Source: Basidioascus undulatus
Lineage: Eukaryota
Length of the DNA stretch: 39,222 nt
NCBI GenBank assembly: GCA_000826855.1
Contig: JTLS01000217.1
Location: forward strand, 1-39,222
Reading direction: 5' to 3'
A model generated the notes under the pieces. That model searched no databases, was not told the origin of the DNA, and was given only the letters and a program-made list of their open reading frames with translations. A program made the position numbers and the translations under genes. Positions 1-12,021 of the stretch are shown piece by piece. Each line of letters begins with the position of its first letter. Positions within the stretch are counted from its first letter, which is position 1.

Positions 1-20
1 GGGGGGGGGGGGGGGAGGGG
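1..20. repeat. poly-G tract at window start
   Basis: G15-A-G4 run at positions 1-20. Confidence 0.9.
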
Positions 21-1597
21 AGTACAAGAGGGTGGAGGTGAGCCTTTGCAGCAAGATGATGAAAGTGCATACATGGACAGACAACGCTTCTCATATAGCA
101 TCTGCTTCTTGATTCATGAAACTATTAATATTTATGTCATTGGCATGGTTGTGCACCGCGAGAGATGTGTCGAAGGCTGGGCAAATGGTGTGACTGCCTG
201 ACTGGAACACAGTTAGTTAGCTGCGTAACCTCAAGTCGGGGGCAATCTGAATTGGAAACAGCACAAGAGCCTTTGGAATACTGTGTAAAACCCCGTGACT
301 TTCGGTGCTTCCAGATGGCAGTGCAGTCAGTGCACCGCCAAGGTGCGTAGACGGACCAGGGCTTTTGCAGCGACCTGCCTCTTGCTTGCCAATGATGTTG
401 GACTTCCTGTACCCCCTCAGTTCCATAAGAAATTCTGGTCTGCGATTCCAGCCATGAACTTTGGTGTGGATGCAAGCTGCCGGTGGCATTGACCGCATGA
501 TGCCTCACTGGAAGAAGGGTGGAACAAACACTGACGAAGGCTATAGCAAGCAGGAAACACCTCAAAGTTATCAGGATGGATCTGGAGAAGGATACAAACC
601 TGAGTTTCCTATTTAATTAAGCAACGTCCCTTTCACTGAAGCTCCCCGGTGCAAACCATCAAGAAGAACATCCTTTTCACGCCTGCCCCCCAGCGCAACG
701 TTCAAGAAGGCCTCAAGCTCACTTCCTGTATCCAAACCTCTTTACCACCCGCCGCTCCACGATCTTCATTCGTGCCTGAGCGGTGACATTCGGGTTAGCG
801 GGATGGAGTATGGACTTGTTGTCATACCAATGATGCCGTGTCTATCTCTTCGATACCAGCTCGACAGTCTTTATGCTTTCTTCGAGGAGGTTTGAGACAA
901 AGTCGCGAAAGTAATGCGAACGGTCGCACTCGAAGCGAACGAAGGATGCATGGAAGTGTGCGAGATTGAGGGGTGGGCACAACAAACTGCTTTCGATGTG
1001 CTGCATGCATTCAACTTGCGTTGAACCAAAATTAATTTCAAAGGAAACTTCAACGGAAGCAAACGATGAAGGCAACTCCTACCAGACAGGGCAGAAGCAA
1101 AACCTAATGTCACCGGATATTCGAAATACAGAAAGGTTCGCCATGAACTTCTGCCTGAGTTGCTCGCTTCAGCCAGTAAGTCAGCTCAACTTGAGCTCAA
1201 ACAGGATCTCACAAGCCGTGTCGATGGCCGGCACAGCCATGCGCACGCAGTCGTTTTATGTCCGTCGGCATCAGTCGACCGGCAAATTGATTCAGAGGCA
1301 GATGCACATCCCGCTGCTCGAGGACAGCGTCCCCCTCTTGCACTGTACCTACTAGCCTGTGCTTGGAGATCCTTGGGCTTTTTGACAGCAGGTGTGCGTC
1401 GGGCCGTGGTTTCAGCGCGTCGGCAATCCAAAGAAGTGGAAGCGAGGGCATAGCCTTCCCGTCGGGAAGATTGAACAAATCGTGGATTATTGTCGTTGAT
1501 GAGCTACGCAGAATGGGCGCGTGCTCTTGGTACGGTGCGTGCGCGACTCGGCTTCATGATCTCTTCCACAGTACATTGATCCACGACTGGCATCAGG

Positions 1598-2286
1598 TCA
1601 CTTCTGGTCCTTGCGGGCAATCCGCTTGAGGAAGGCGTCGGTCAGGCGCTCGTCGCCTTCCTCTCCCACGCGCGTAACGTCGAGACGCTCCGGTGCGCGT
1701 ATACCGCATAAAGTGGTCGTCGGGCGGGTACCAGCTCGCCTACACCGGCGCTCCCAGTCTCGGGACCTCGCGGTCCCGGCGGACTGAACGCGCTTCACTC
1801 GCTGCCGAAGCTGGAGACGCGGACCACCGCCTCGCTTCGACTCTGGATGAATGCGCCCGTGGGGCTCAAGACCGTGCAAGTCTACTTCCAGTACTTCAAC
1901 CATGTCGTGCAGGTTGATGTACCTGTCCCTTTTCGGCACTCCTGGACTCTAAGTCAAGAGCCGAAAAATTACTTAACGCCAGCGGAGGTGAGTGCTTTTC
2001 TCTGCCAAATCACCTGCTCAGCGTGCTCGATGGCTGACTCTCTCTGATCTTGTTCTTTCTCCTCGTGTTTCCAGGTTGCGGATGACCTCGGCCAAATCTT
2101 TCTGGACCTAAGCAGTTTCTAGTCGAGTTCAACCGCGAGGCGTTCGAAGCCCTGCAAGGCGGTGCGGCGGAGCTGGCACTCATTTTCGATAAGACGCTGC
2201 CGGCACTGGAGAGCATCACGCTGCCCGACCCGATACCTTATTTCTTCTTCATTCGGCGTCGAATGAGAAGGCTGCGTTCGCTTTGA
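1598..2286 (+). pseudogene. decayed or hypothetical intron-containing gene fragment, unknown product
   Basis: Coding-like codons (EEGVGQALVAFLSHARNVETLR ... LNALHSLPKLET ... YLTPAE) and a clean intron (GTGAGT about 1987, GCTGAC, pyrimidine tract, CCAG about 2074) joining in frame to VADDLGQIFSGPKQFLVEFNREAFEALQGG...; in-frame TAA near 1709 and no clear start. Confidence 0.35.
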
Positions 2287-3388
2287 TGTGGAACGGGCGG
2301 AGGCGGGCTTGACGTTTGTTCGCCATCGGAAATAGGACAGCCGGGTTGTACATGGAATCCTGCAGTTTCGTGCTGCTTCTGCGAGTGAGGTTTTGATTCT
2401 GGTTCTGTAAAACTCAATACCCTTAGAAGAAGCCTGAAGTGCATGCCAGACAATGCAGTGGAGTGAAAGGCCCAGAGAGGGCCAGGGCCTTTTCTTACGT
2501 GTCTGCCTCGCACAGTAGTGCCAGTAGGTCGAATGCGAGACAGCGTCCTTTATAGTACATATGCTTCCTCATATTGTGCACATTACAGTTTACCATACAG
2601 TATTCTCCCCTGCCCTTGCAGTATTCAAGCCACTGTGAGGGGGAATTCAAGCGCACATACGACCAAGGGATGCAGCTTCGACATCGTCACGTCACTGCCA
2701 CTATCGTAGAGCAGAACACTGCCGTGCTCATTTCTCGGCTTTTGTGACTATCAGTGAAAGATTGCTATTGCTGCATACACGGCATGCAGCTCCATCTTGC
2801 GTAGGAAAGTGATCGACTGTGGAGGCGGAGCTTTTCAAGCAAGTTGGCAGGGCATGCTAGCGGCAGTCCGCCTCACCTCGGGTAGGCCGAACAATCATTC
2901 AATGCGAAAAATGTGTTCGAGCTTATACAAGATCTTCCACACACCCACCTGGTCGAAAGTCTTGAGGATTGTTGCACTCGAGCTGCCCCAGCGCCTCGAC
3001 GCGTACGGCGGCCGCATCTCGGTACCGGTCCCGCCCACATTGCGTCATTCAAGCTGGGATGAATTATCAAGTCAAGAGATCACTCTCGGCACTCCTTCGC
3101 TACCATACTCTTCGGAAGACGGGCTCGACCGACCAGAATTAATGTGCCGCACACGAGCAGCCGTACTTTTTTGAGCGTCTGCACATCATTAGCGAGCACC
3201 GCGTGTATTCATCATTACCACCTCCCGCTCGAGCGAAAGACGATTTCTTGACTTCGACTTGCGCCTCTTCCTCTCCTCCCATCTCTCTCCATCTCGGTTG
3301 CACCAACGCCTCTCATCTAGGACTTTACCCTCTATATTCCACTTATACCCCTCCATTACAACATTCCCTCCGCTTCCCCCCATCGATC

Positions 3389-4469
3389 ATGAGTTCGCAG
3401 AAGCACCTCTTCACGCTCACCGACCGCCCTGCCGAGTCCGTCCCGAGCCCGGACGACCCCGCGTACCACGACTGGCTCTCGTCCGAATTCGCCGCCGCGG
3501 CCGACCTCCTCTCCGAATCCGAAACCTGGCCGGTCAACCACACTCGAACCGAAGACGGCATCGACTTCATCGTACGCACCGCGCCGGCGCGCAAGAACCT
3601 AGGCGAGAGGCGCTCGTGGACCCTGCGCGAGAGCCTCCATGACGACGTGAGCTTCGAGCTCTTCGAGAGCACCAGCGGGGCGAAGCTGCATGAGAAGCAG
3701 GGCCAGTGGGACGAGAGCTTGATGGGCGCGGACAGGATCAGGGCGATTCAGGAAGGCCGGGCTGAAGGTGAGTGTCGTCCCGCTTTTCGGAAGGACGAGA
3801 GCGATGAAGCTGAGGTTGTGGTCTTGTGCAGTATGGCACAAAAAGATACGGGTACCGTAAGTGGAGGCCTCATCAACTCACATACGGGCGGCGTGGCTTA
3901 CCTTAAAACTCCCAACAGTCGCTCCTCCAACCGCGACTTTGCGTGCCTTCTCGTCACGGGCGAAAGCGAGTCCTCTCCTTCCACCCCCGTCACGCCCGAC
4001 TCCTCCGCGGCCTCAGTTGAAGACCGCCTTCGTTGCCTTATCGTCGTGACCCACCCGTACGAGCACCCGAACGAAAAGGGATTCACCCGCGGACGGTACG
4101 AGTCGATCGAGGTAGGTTTCGCTGCGTCTCCTCAAGCGATGGAGAGATAACGGTGCTTATTCCATGTCTAAGCTTACAGGAAATCAGGGAGGTCATGAAG
4201 GATGACCAGAAAGTCGTGATGTGGCGCTCGCTGCTTGCGAACGATCCCGGAGGGTTCGCGCCAGCCAAGATCGTCGACCGGCTGATCCCTTCCCAGGTGT
4301 GCTCATTTTCTCATTGCTCACCTGTACTTACCGGAACATATCGCTCACCGCCCCCCCTCAGCTCTGCTCGGACGGCGCTCGCTTCCTGAAGTTCGCCAAG
4401 GAATGGGACCAGAAACGACGGGCCGCCGGCAGCGAGGACAAGGCGGTGAATGGGAATGGTCAGGCTTGA
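3389..4469 (+). CDS. DUF3074 / START-like (SRPBCC fold) protein, about 5 exons
   Basis: Spliced product contains WTLRESLH, VWHKKIRVPRSSNRDFACLLV, KGFTRGRYESIE-EIRE, VMWRSLLANDPGGFAP, DGARFLKF, matching the recalled fungal DUF3074 pattern; GT-AG introns 3768-3831, 3857-3918 and two more downstream. Confidence 0.75.
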
Positions 4470-4884
4470 AGGAGGAAGACAGGGTCACAGTGGACCAAAA
4501 GGATAATTTATCTTTCATGCCACGCTGAATGGCATACATGATCATAGCATCCTGCCTGAGCTTCGGCAAATGCGGGTCGCACTGCCGACCCGTCAGCTTC
4601 CAGTACCGCTATTGCGGACCTTCTGCAGCTCGTCTGTGACCTGTAAACACGTATTCTTTCAGAATGTGTTATACCATTCATGATTTCCGACTCCTGCTGG
4701 ATATCGTCAGCGGAGGCCTGCCTTGAAAAGCGACAACTGCCCGGCTGCGCCTGGGCGGGGGTTGCGCGCGCCGAACTTGAAGTCGACGCCTGTGGGTGAG
4801 ACTCTCGTCCCTTGCTTGTCTTGTCTTCCTACACCCAACTCGCGTCGTTCTCCTGCACCAGCTGTCCCTCGCTATTTGCACCAA

Positions 4885-7357
4885 ATGCGGCGCGCTCTGA
4901 CCTCGTTCGCAGGGCTCGCCTTAGCGGCGTCTGCCGCGGCGTTCACCGTCGACATCTCGGACGCGGACGACATGCGCCAGGCGTGTTCGGGCATGTGGGG
5001 CGGCAAGAACGCCGAGATCTCGGTCGTCTTCGATGAGGGTGCGAAGGGGCAGGTCGCCGTAGGTATGTCCATCTCCTGAGTATCATGAGAGGATGTAGCC
5101 GTGTCGGCAAGGAGCTGATCTGGGATCTGTGCGGGCTCGGCGGGACAGCGATCTGGGAGTGGTCGGATATGAAGTACCTTGGCAAGCCTACGCCGGGGCA
5201 GCACACTGAGGAGTTCCCCGTAAGTCTCGAGTTCAGCTATTGGAGATACTTAGAGCGCTGAGCGGATGTTGGGCCCGTCCTCGTCATCTAGAAAACCTAC
5301 GTCTGCACCACCACCGCTTTCCGATCCAATCCGCCTCTCTGCACGTCCGACGAGCTCGGGCAGTTCATCGTCGACCTGCCCGAGGGCAAGTCCATCAACT
5401 CCACGAGCATATGGACAACCGCGGCGCGCTTCAGCGACGTAGACGTCGGGACGGAGAACGGCGGCGAGGCTGCGGGCGCGGTGGAGGACGATGCGGGCAG
5501 CAGCTCGGGCACGGGCACGCGCAATGGGCGGCTCAAGGAGGTCACTCCGGCCGGCGGCGAGGAAGATGACGAGGTTGAGGCTGGCGTTCCAGACGAGGAG
5601 GAGGAGGAGGAGCGCCGCATCGTCCGTCGTCAGGTCCTGCAGCCGAACCGTACGTGCTTCAGGTCGCAATCTGGTCTAGCATTTCAATCGCTGATCCATT
5701 TGCGGATCCTACATAGCCGGACCTTTCACGTACCCTGCGAAGAAGTCGGGCTACTACTGCGTGGGCACGGGTGGGTAGCCTGCCTCTTCGGCGATCGGTT
5801 TCAGCGGCGTGCTGACCTGGGAGGAACAACCAGTTCCGATAACCGTCGTGACCCCCGCCATCGACGCGTCCCAGGCGCACGGCTCGTTCACCGGCTCGGT
5901 TTACTTCAATGACCAGAGCGGGGGAGAGCTTCCCGCGAGCGAGGTTCCGCTTCTCGGCGTACGCACTTGGCGTGTCCTTGGCTTTGGGGATATGCACGCA
6001 TGCTGACTTTGCCCTCTTCACAGTTTTACGCTGCCATGAGCTGGATCTACGTCATGCTCGCTGCCGGGTGGGGCTTCCTCTGCTGGCGGAACAGGGACGA
6101 GCTGCTGCGTATTCAGGTCCCTGCATTGCTTCTTGCGGACACTCAGGCCCGAGCTGATCGTCTTCTCCGACCAATAGCACTACGTCACCGGTCTTCTCGT
6201 CTTCCTCATCCTCGAGAACTTCCTCAACTGGGGTGTGTCTTCCTCGATTGAGCTTTCTAGACAGGATCTGAAATCCCCTTCCAGGATACTACCACTACCT
6301 CTCCGTCACGCCGCCGTCCGCCTCGCCGGTGGTCTCCACGCTTCTCCTGGCCCTGACCGCGCTCGCCTCGGCCTTGCGTTCCTCGGCGTCCTTCTTCCTG
6401 CTCCTGACCATCTCGCTCGGCCTCGCGGTCGTCCGCCCCTCGCTCGACCCCACGACGATGAAGCGCGTCGTGATCCTCACTGCGGCGCACGCGCTCTTCG
6501 GCGTCGTATACGCCATCGGGACCGTCCTCGTCCGACTTGAGGAGGCAGCGATCTTCCTCCTGCTGCTCATGATTCTGCCGCTGGCGTTCACGCTCTCGGC
6601 GTTCCTGCTTTGGACGCTGTACTCGCTCAACGGCGAGTTTCTTGGTTCTTCCGTCGGATCCTCAAAACACGTGGCTGAATGCTATGTTATGCTTCAGGCA
6701 CGATCGCGCATCTCGAGCTGCGTCGGCAAAAGTTCAAGGTTGGGTGAGCTGAAGGCCTGCTTCTGCCGACTCTTCGAGCACGTCTGATCACAGTTCTCCA
6801 CCTTCAGCATGTACAAGAAGGTCTACCGAATCCTGATGGGCGCTGTCATCATCATCGCGGGCTTTTTCATACTTTCCACCTTCTCATTCTCCAACCGCTT
6901 CGACGACAACTTTGCGCCCTCGAATTGGAAATGGCGGTGGTTCCTGCTCGACGGGTGGCTCGGCCTGCTCTATCTTGCCGTACTCGTCTCGATCGCGTAC
7001 CTCTGGCGTCCGTCTCCGCAAAATGCGCGTCTGGCGCTCTCGGACGAGCTCGCAACGGACGAGGACGAAGCGAACGAGTTCGACCTCGCCGAGCGCGGGA
7101 ACGCTCAGAGCCCGACGCAGGACGGCGGCGACCGCCGGCAGCCGCCGCCGCGGTACGAGCACGACGAACTCCCAGCGGACGAGACGGTGTTTGCGCTCGA
7201 CGACGAGGACGAGGACACCGCTGCGGACCTGGACCGGGAGCTGGAGCGGCACAAGGAGGGGCTGGGCGAGCGCGCGACGGGCAGTCGGGGCGAGGAGGGC
7301 GAGCGGCTGTTGGGCAGAAGTAGGAGCCCGAGTCCCGATGGGAAGAAGCGAGATTGA
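4885..7357 (+). CDS. PTM1: PTM1 / lung seven-transmembrane receptor (LUSTR, GPR107/TMEM87-like) Golgi membrane protein
   Basis: Signal peptide MRRALTSFAGLALAASAAA, then RQACSGMWGG, KSGYYCVGT, GELPASE, RSSASFFLLLTISLGLAVVRPSL, WKWRWFLLDGWLGLLY, AYLWRPSPQN and an acidic tail; about 10 introns including GC-AG 6633-6697. Confidence 0.9.
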
Positions 7358-9225
7358 AGCGCCGATGTGGGGAATAACACTAGCTCGCTTTGATCGTGTG
7401 TCTAGAAGTCGCTGCCACGACTGTATAGATGAACCAGCTTTGTATCTATTCGAGGACACTTAGTGGGAATGATCGCCAGCTTACCATTGACACGTCGACA
7501 CTTGCTTTCAAGGATGTGGACGCTTTACGGCTCGTCGTCTTTTGATAAAAGTGGCCTAGACCGTATTTTACCAGCCAGATACGACTCCCGTTTACAGAGT
7601 GGGTATTTAAGCTACAAACATGTGAAAGTGTGGTCGTGACTGGTCGTCGTCAGCTTTGGACAATGCGGGAGGTAGTTGAGGGACGTTGTCAACGACACAC
7701 GAAGCTGCTGTTCCGAAGCGCACTTTTCCCGCTTATGGTTCAGCATTCAGCCTTTTTACAAGGGTCTTTCCGGAAAAGCATGATCTACCATTTGTAAGTC
7801 ATGAGCTTTTCACTACGAGGATGGATGCAGCAACTGTCGAAATTGAACGCGTTCTCCTGTCTGCAGCCTGCATGGGGGGCCAGCTTGATCCTGTGCAGCG
7901 CACACTGATGATATACATGCCGCGTTCGGCCCCTTATAGCTGATGAGAACTTAGAGTCTAACACGTTCAAAGTCGAATGCTTAAGCATCACAGTCTTGCG
8001 GTGCAGCGAGCCAACGGTGTTCGGTCCGCAGTCGACCCCCCGCCGTCGCCTTTCGCTGAGTCGCCACCGCCGCGCTCTGCCACTGACCATCACTATCCTA
8101 GCCTAGCTTTCGCCTCCCTTAGACTCACATTTACCACTTTGCCCATACTACTCTCCACACGTAAGCCCTCATCCAGCTCCCTTTCAGGCTGGGAATGTCC
8201 TCCCTTTTGTTTCTGCGGGCTCCGGTGGGCGGTGGACGGCAAGGCGGGCCAGCGCGGGCGCAGGAGCCTGGGGCGCAGTGGCCTGACCCCGCCGTATAAG
8301 GGTGCTCCGGGTGTCGTACTCCCTACCGTGAAGGATGTTCCCCAGTGCATCCTCCACACGACGCGCTGGCCTGCTGCGTGACATGTTGACTGCGCTGCCT
8401 GAAAATCTGCCTACCCGCTCGAACGGGGAATTCGATCGAGATATCCTGTAATCTGTGTTTGCGGCGGGTTCAGATTCATACAAGGGAGGGCGGAAGGGGT
8501 GGATCTCGAGGGGAAGGGGAAACAAGGAGGCGGACAGGTGCGTGCCGGCTGCTGTGAAGAGCTCGCTGGACGAGGCCACTCGTGACCATCGCATGATGGC
8601 TGAGTGTCAAGATGCTCTGAGAAATATAGGAAAGGCTCGGCCACACTTCAGCTGGCGTACAGCTTCGCAGCAAAGCTCACTGCGCCAGGCGTGCAGGTCG
8701 TGGCTGGCAAACTTCAGTGCTTGCACCTATCTGGCCTAGCCCGCACGTCCGATGGGAAGATATTTTGTGCATACTTGGACCTGGTTAAGACATGACCAAT
8801 ACACCCCCGCATACGCGACTGGCTCGACAGGCCTGCCCCACACGCAGTACGCAGTAAATGGTGCTCGACTCCCCATACGTCGCTCCGTGAAGTTGGAGGC
8901 AAGCCACTCCACATACAACACTTCGTCGCATAGCGAGAAGCCCGTTTATTGAATGACTTCTGTGGGATTGGTCACATAGGACTGCTTTTGCCTGCTGCAA
9001 GTATAAGGCAATGTTGCAGCTCGTTGTCATGCAACAACTAGCTGCGCTCGCGCACTCGTCGAGAACCCCCATACAACGCACGCCCTGTAAAGCATGAGGA
9101 TTCCAGAGCAATGTGAATCTAAGGCGTTGTGGGATCTCTATCAATAAGTAGGAGTCTTCTCAAAGTACGATTTCACAGGACTGCGCTCCCTGTTGAAGGC
9201 TAGGAGTACCACTCCTGAAATCACA

Positions 9226-10418
9226 TCAGCGTCTTCCCAGCCCAAACAAGTTCCCCACGCCATGCACAGCGGCGCCCACCCCGTGCCCCACGCCCTGCGC
9301 CGCTGCCCCAATCCCATTCCCGACAACCACTGCCGCGGCTCCAATACCCTGTCCCACGGCACCCACCCCCTGCCCGACGAGCCCCGCCGTCCCCACTGCC
9401 GCGCACCCAATCCCCGCCAGCACCTGCTGCGGGACTGGTCCCCCGCTTCCCCCGTCGGAGGGCACGCCTCTTCGCCGGTACGGGTCCGCGAGGTGGTACA
9501 CCGGAACAACATCCCACTCTCTTCGCCGCTTCTCGCGCTCGCGCGCCTTGTCCGCCCACCCGGGCGGGCACACCTCGAGCCGGACCTCGCGCCAGCCGGA
9601 CGGGTCGTCGTCGTCCGGCTGGAGCTCGTGCTCCGCCCGGTCGGAGTCCAGCACCTCCTCGTCACGGAGGTCGAACGCGTCTGCCTGGCGCTCAGCGGAG
9701 GACAGCCGCGGGAGGTGCTCTGGCAGTGTGAGGAGTGCGTCGAGCACCCCCCCGCCGCCGGGCGGTTTGGGAGAGGCCTGCGCGGTGAGGAGTGAGGCGG
9801 GCGCGGAGGTGAGGGAGATGTGGCAGGTGTGGGGGTTGTAGGTGAATGTAGGCGCGGGGTGGGCGTTGGAGGTCAGGTAGGGGAGGACGGGCAGGGGGTG
9901 GGCGAGGCGCAGCTCGGAGTCTGGGAAGATCATGCAGCGGGGTGAAGGGTGTGTTCGTGAGATTAAGGAAGTGCTGGGGTGTTCCGAGGCAGATCGGCTC
10001 ACCGACAACATCGACTGCATGCCCCGAGGATTTCGAGCATAGCGCCCCTGAATGATCGATAAAGAACAGCTGAGTATCCCAGCAATCCGCATCCAGCTCA
10101 GCACGTCGCACCGTCTCCCACCATCGGCCCCAGCCCGACGCAGCGCGAGAGGAGCTCAAGCATTACCTGGTTCTCTCTTTTCTCCGGGCTCTTCGCGCTC
10201 CACACGCCGACCTTGGTCCCGTGCGCGCCCTTCCCCTCGCAGACGTCCAGCACGCGGCCCGTCGCGCGCGATTTGACGAGGAAGTAGCACCCGAGGGGAA
10301 AGCCTAAGTGGAAGCCCCGGATTGGGTCGGAGGGGAAGGGCGGCGCGGAGGAGGACGATGCGGGCGCGGGCACGGATGAGTAGGGCGGGGGAGAGGCAAC
10401 AGCAGACAGGTTAGTCAT
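9226..10418 (-). CDS. ricin-B-like (beta-trefoil) lectin-domain protein with C-terminal glycine-zipper repeats
   Basis: YFLVKSRATGRVLDVCEGKGAHGTKVGVW...NQ|LFFIDHSGALCSKSSGHAVDV; introns 10070-10166 and 9921-10002 join in frame; Gly/Ala/Val 11-mer tail. Confidence 0.7.
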
Positions 10419-10666
10419 GATTTAGATGTTTGTGGAAGCTTCAGCGGTAGGATTGGGAAACGAATGGGAGCACGATGAGGGTGGAAGCAAGGAAGGATGC
10501 TGCGGGCTTGCACTGCCTCGATCGGCCTGCTAACTGTGCGTCTCCCGCGCGCACTTGCCTTCCTCCTTCCCCCCTTCCCCCCTTCCTCCTTGCTCTTCCC
10601 TTTGCTCCGAGACTCCAACACTCTTTCCACATTACCTTCATTCACCCGCACGGTCAATCACTCGCC

Positions 10667-11533
10667 ATGTCCGCACCCACCGATATCCGCACGGCGACCA
10701 TCAAGCGCAAGACGAACGAGACCGACATCTCCGTCACGCTCACCCTCGACAACGCGCCAGGCAAGCAGTCTATCGCGGTCAACACCGGCATCGGCTTCCT
10801 GGACCACGTCCGTCTTCCAATTATTTACCACCACCACACCATCCGCCCTCCTCTTGAGAGCGCCGCAGCTGAGACGGAAGCGGACGTGTGGCACAGATGT
10901 TCCACGCGCTCGCAAAGCACGGCGGGCTGAGCCTCGACCTTCAGTGCACGGGCGACCTGCACATCGACGACCACCACACCGCCGAGGACACGGCCATCGC
11001 ACTCGGGATGGCGTTCAAAGATGCCCTGGGCGAGGTGCGCGGCATCAGGCGGTACGGGACCGGGTTCGCGCCTCTGGATGAGGTCCGTCATTTCCCTCCC
11101 CTCTCCCCTTCTCCTTGGCAGTGGTACTCATGGAGGGATGCGAACGTGCTGCGCAGGCCCTCTCCCGCGCCGTGATCGACATCTCCGGCCGGCCATACTG
11201 CGTCGCCGAGCTGCAGCTCAAGCGCGAAAAGATCGGCGCGCTCTCGTGCGAGATGATCCCGCACGTCTTCCACTCGTTCGCCACCGCCGCGGGCATCACG
11301 CTCCACGTCGACGTCCTGAGGGGGGAAAACGACCACCATAAGTGCGTTGCGGTTCCATCTGCGCTTCTGGGGCCTGAAGGGAAAGGGGTTGTCGGGGCGT
11401 TGAGGTTGACCGTGCGCGGGGCTGTTAAATTTACAGGTCCGAATCCGCATTCAAGGCTACTGCTCTTGCGCTCAAGCAGGCTATCGAACGCACGGGCGGC
11501 TCGGACGTTCCTAGCACCAAGGGCGTGTTGTAG
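10667..11533 (+). CDS. HIS3: imidazoleglycerol-phosphate dehydratase
   Basis: [70 protein letters not shown]; three GT-AG introns; divergent from the lectin gene with about 250 bp between start codons. Confidence 0.98.
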
Positions 11534-12021
11534 TCTCGATACCGCATCCGATGGACATGATCAATATCTATTCGCCTCGATCGTTCTTCGTCCTTTCGGC
11601 TCATATCATGGAAGGCGGGATGCTGGATGCTACATGTGTAGATCTGGACACGCTGGCCCGGCGTGTGGCGAAGCGTAACGGGCCAGGGAGACTGACGTTC
11701 TCGGCGACTTGACACGACTGACTGCCAGTGCTGTTATCCTCCCCCCTCCGCACGCATTCGCTCCCGCATCCTGCTTCGAGCCCTGCCTCTTATCGAACCG
11801 CGCAGCGCAGTGACACTTACAGCCTCCTTCCTCTCATTCTAAGAAAAGTAAGCGCAATGAATAAAGGTTGAAAGCAAACGGAGAACACAACAGCAGCAAC
11901 CACACCAAACCGCCCGTCCTTCAACGAATGCAACGGGCCAAATGCTCTCGTCCATTCCACTCCTCTCCTCCCCAGCCAACCCCAGCCCCTACCCGATCTT
12001 CCACGATATCCAGCGCAGAGT

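Noticed and set aside
137..565. ORF with hydrophobic N-terminus suggesting a secreted protein
   Set aside because: Begins at TTG with no in-frame ATG or splice support; no recognisable domain
1290..1350. Minus-strand peptide ending MCICL* as a possible CAAX pheromone
   Set aside because: No credible precursor start or repeated peptide units; expected by chance
8470..8720. WISRGRGNKEADR resembling the RNase H GNExAD motif of a LINE relic
   Set aside because: Only a few residues match; no other RNase H or RT motifs, terminal repeats or target-site duplication visible
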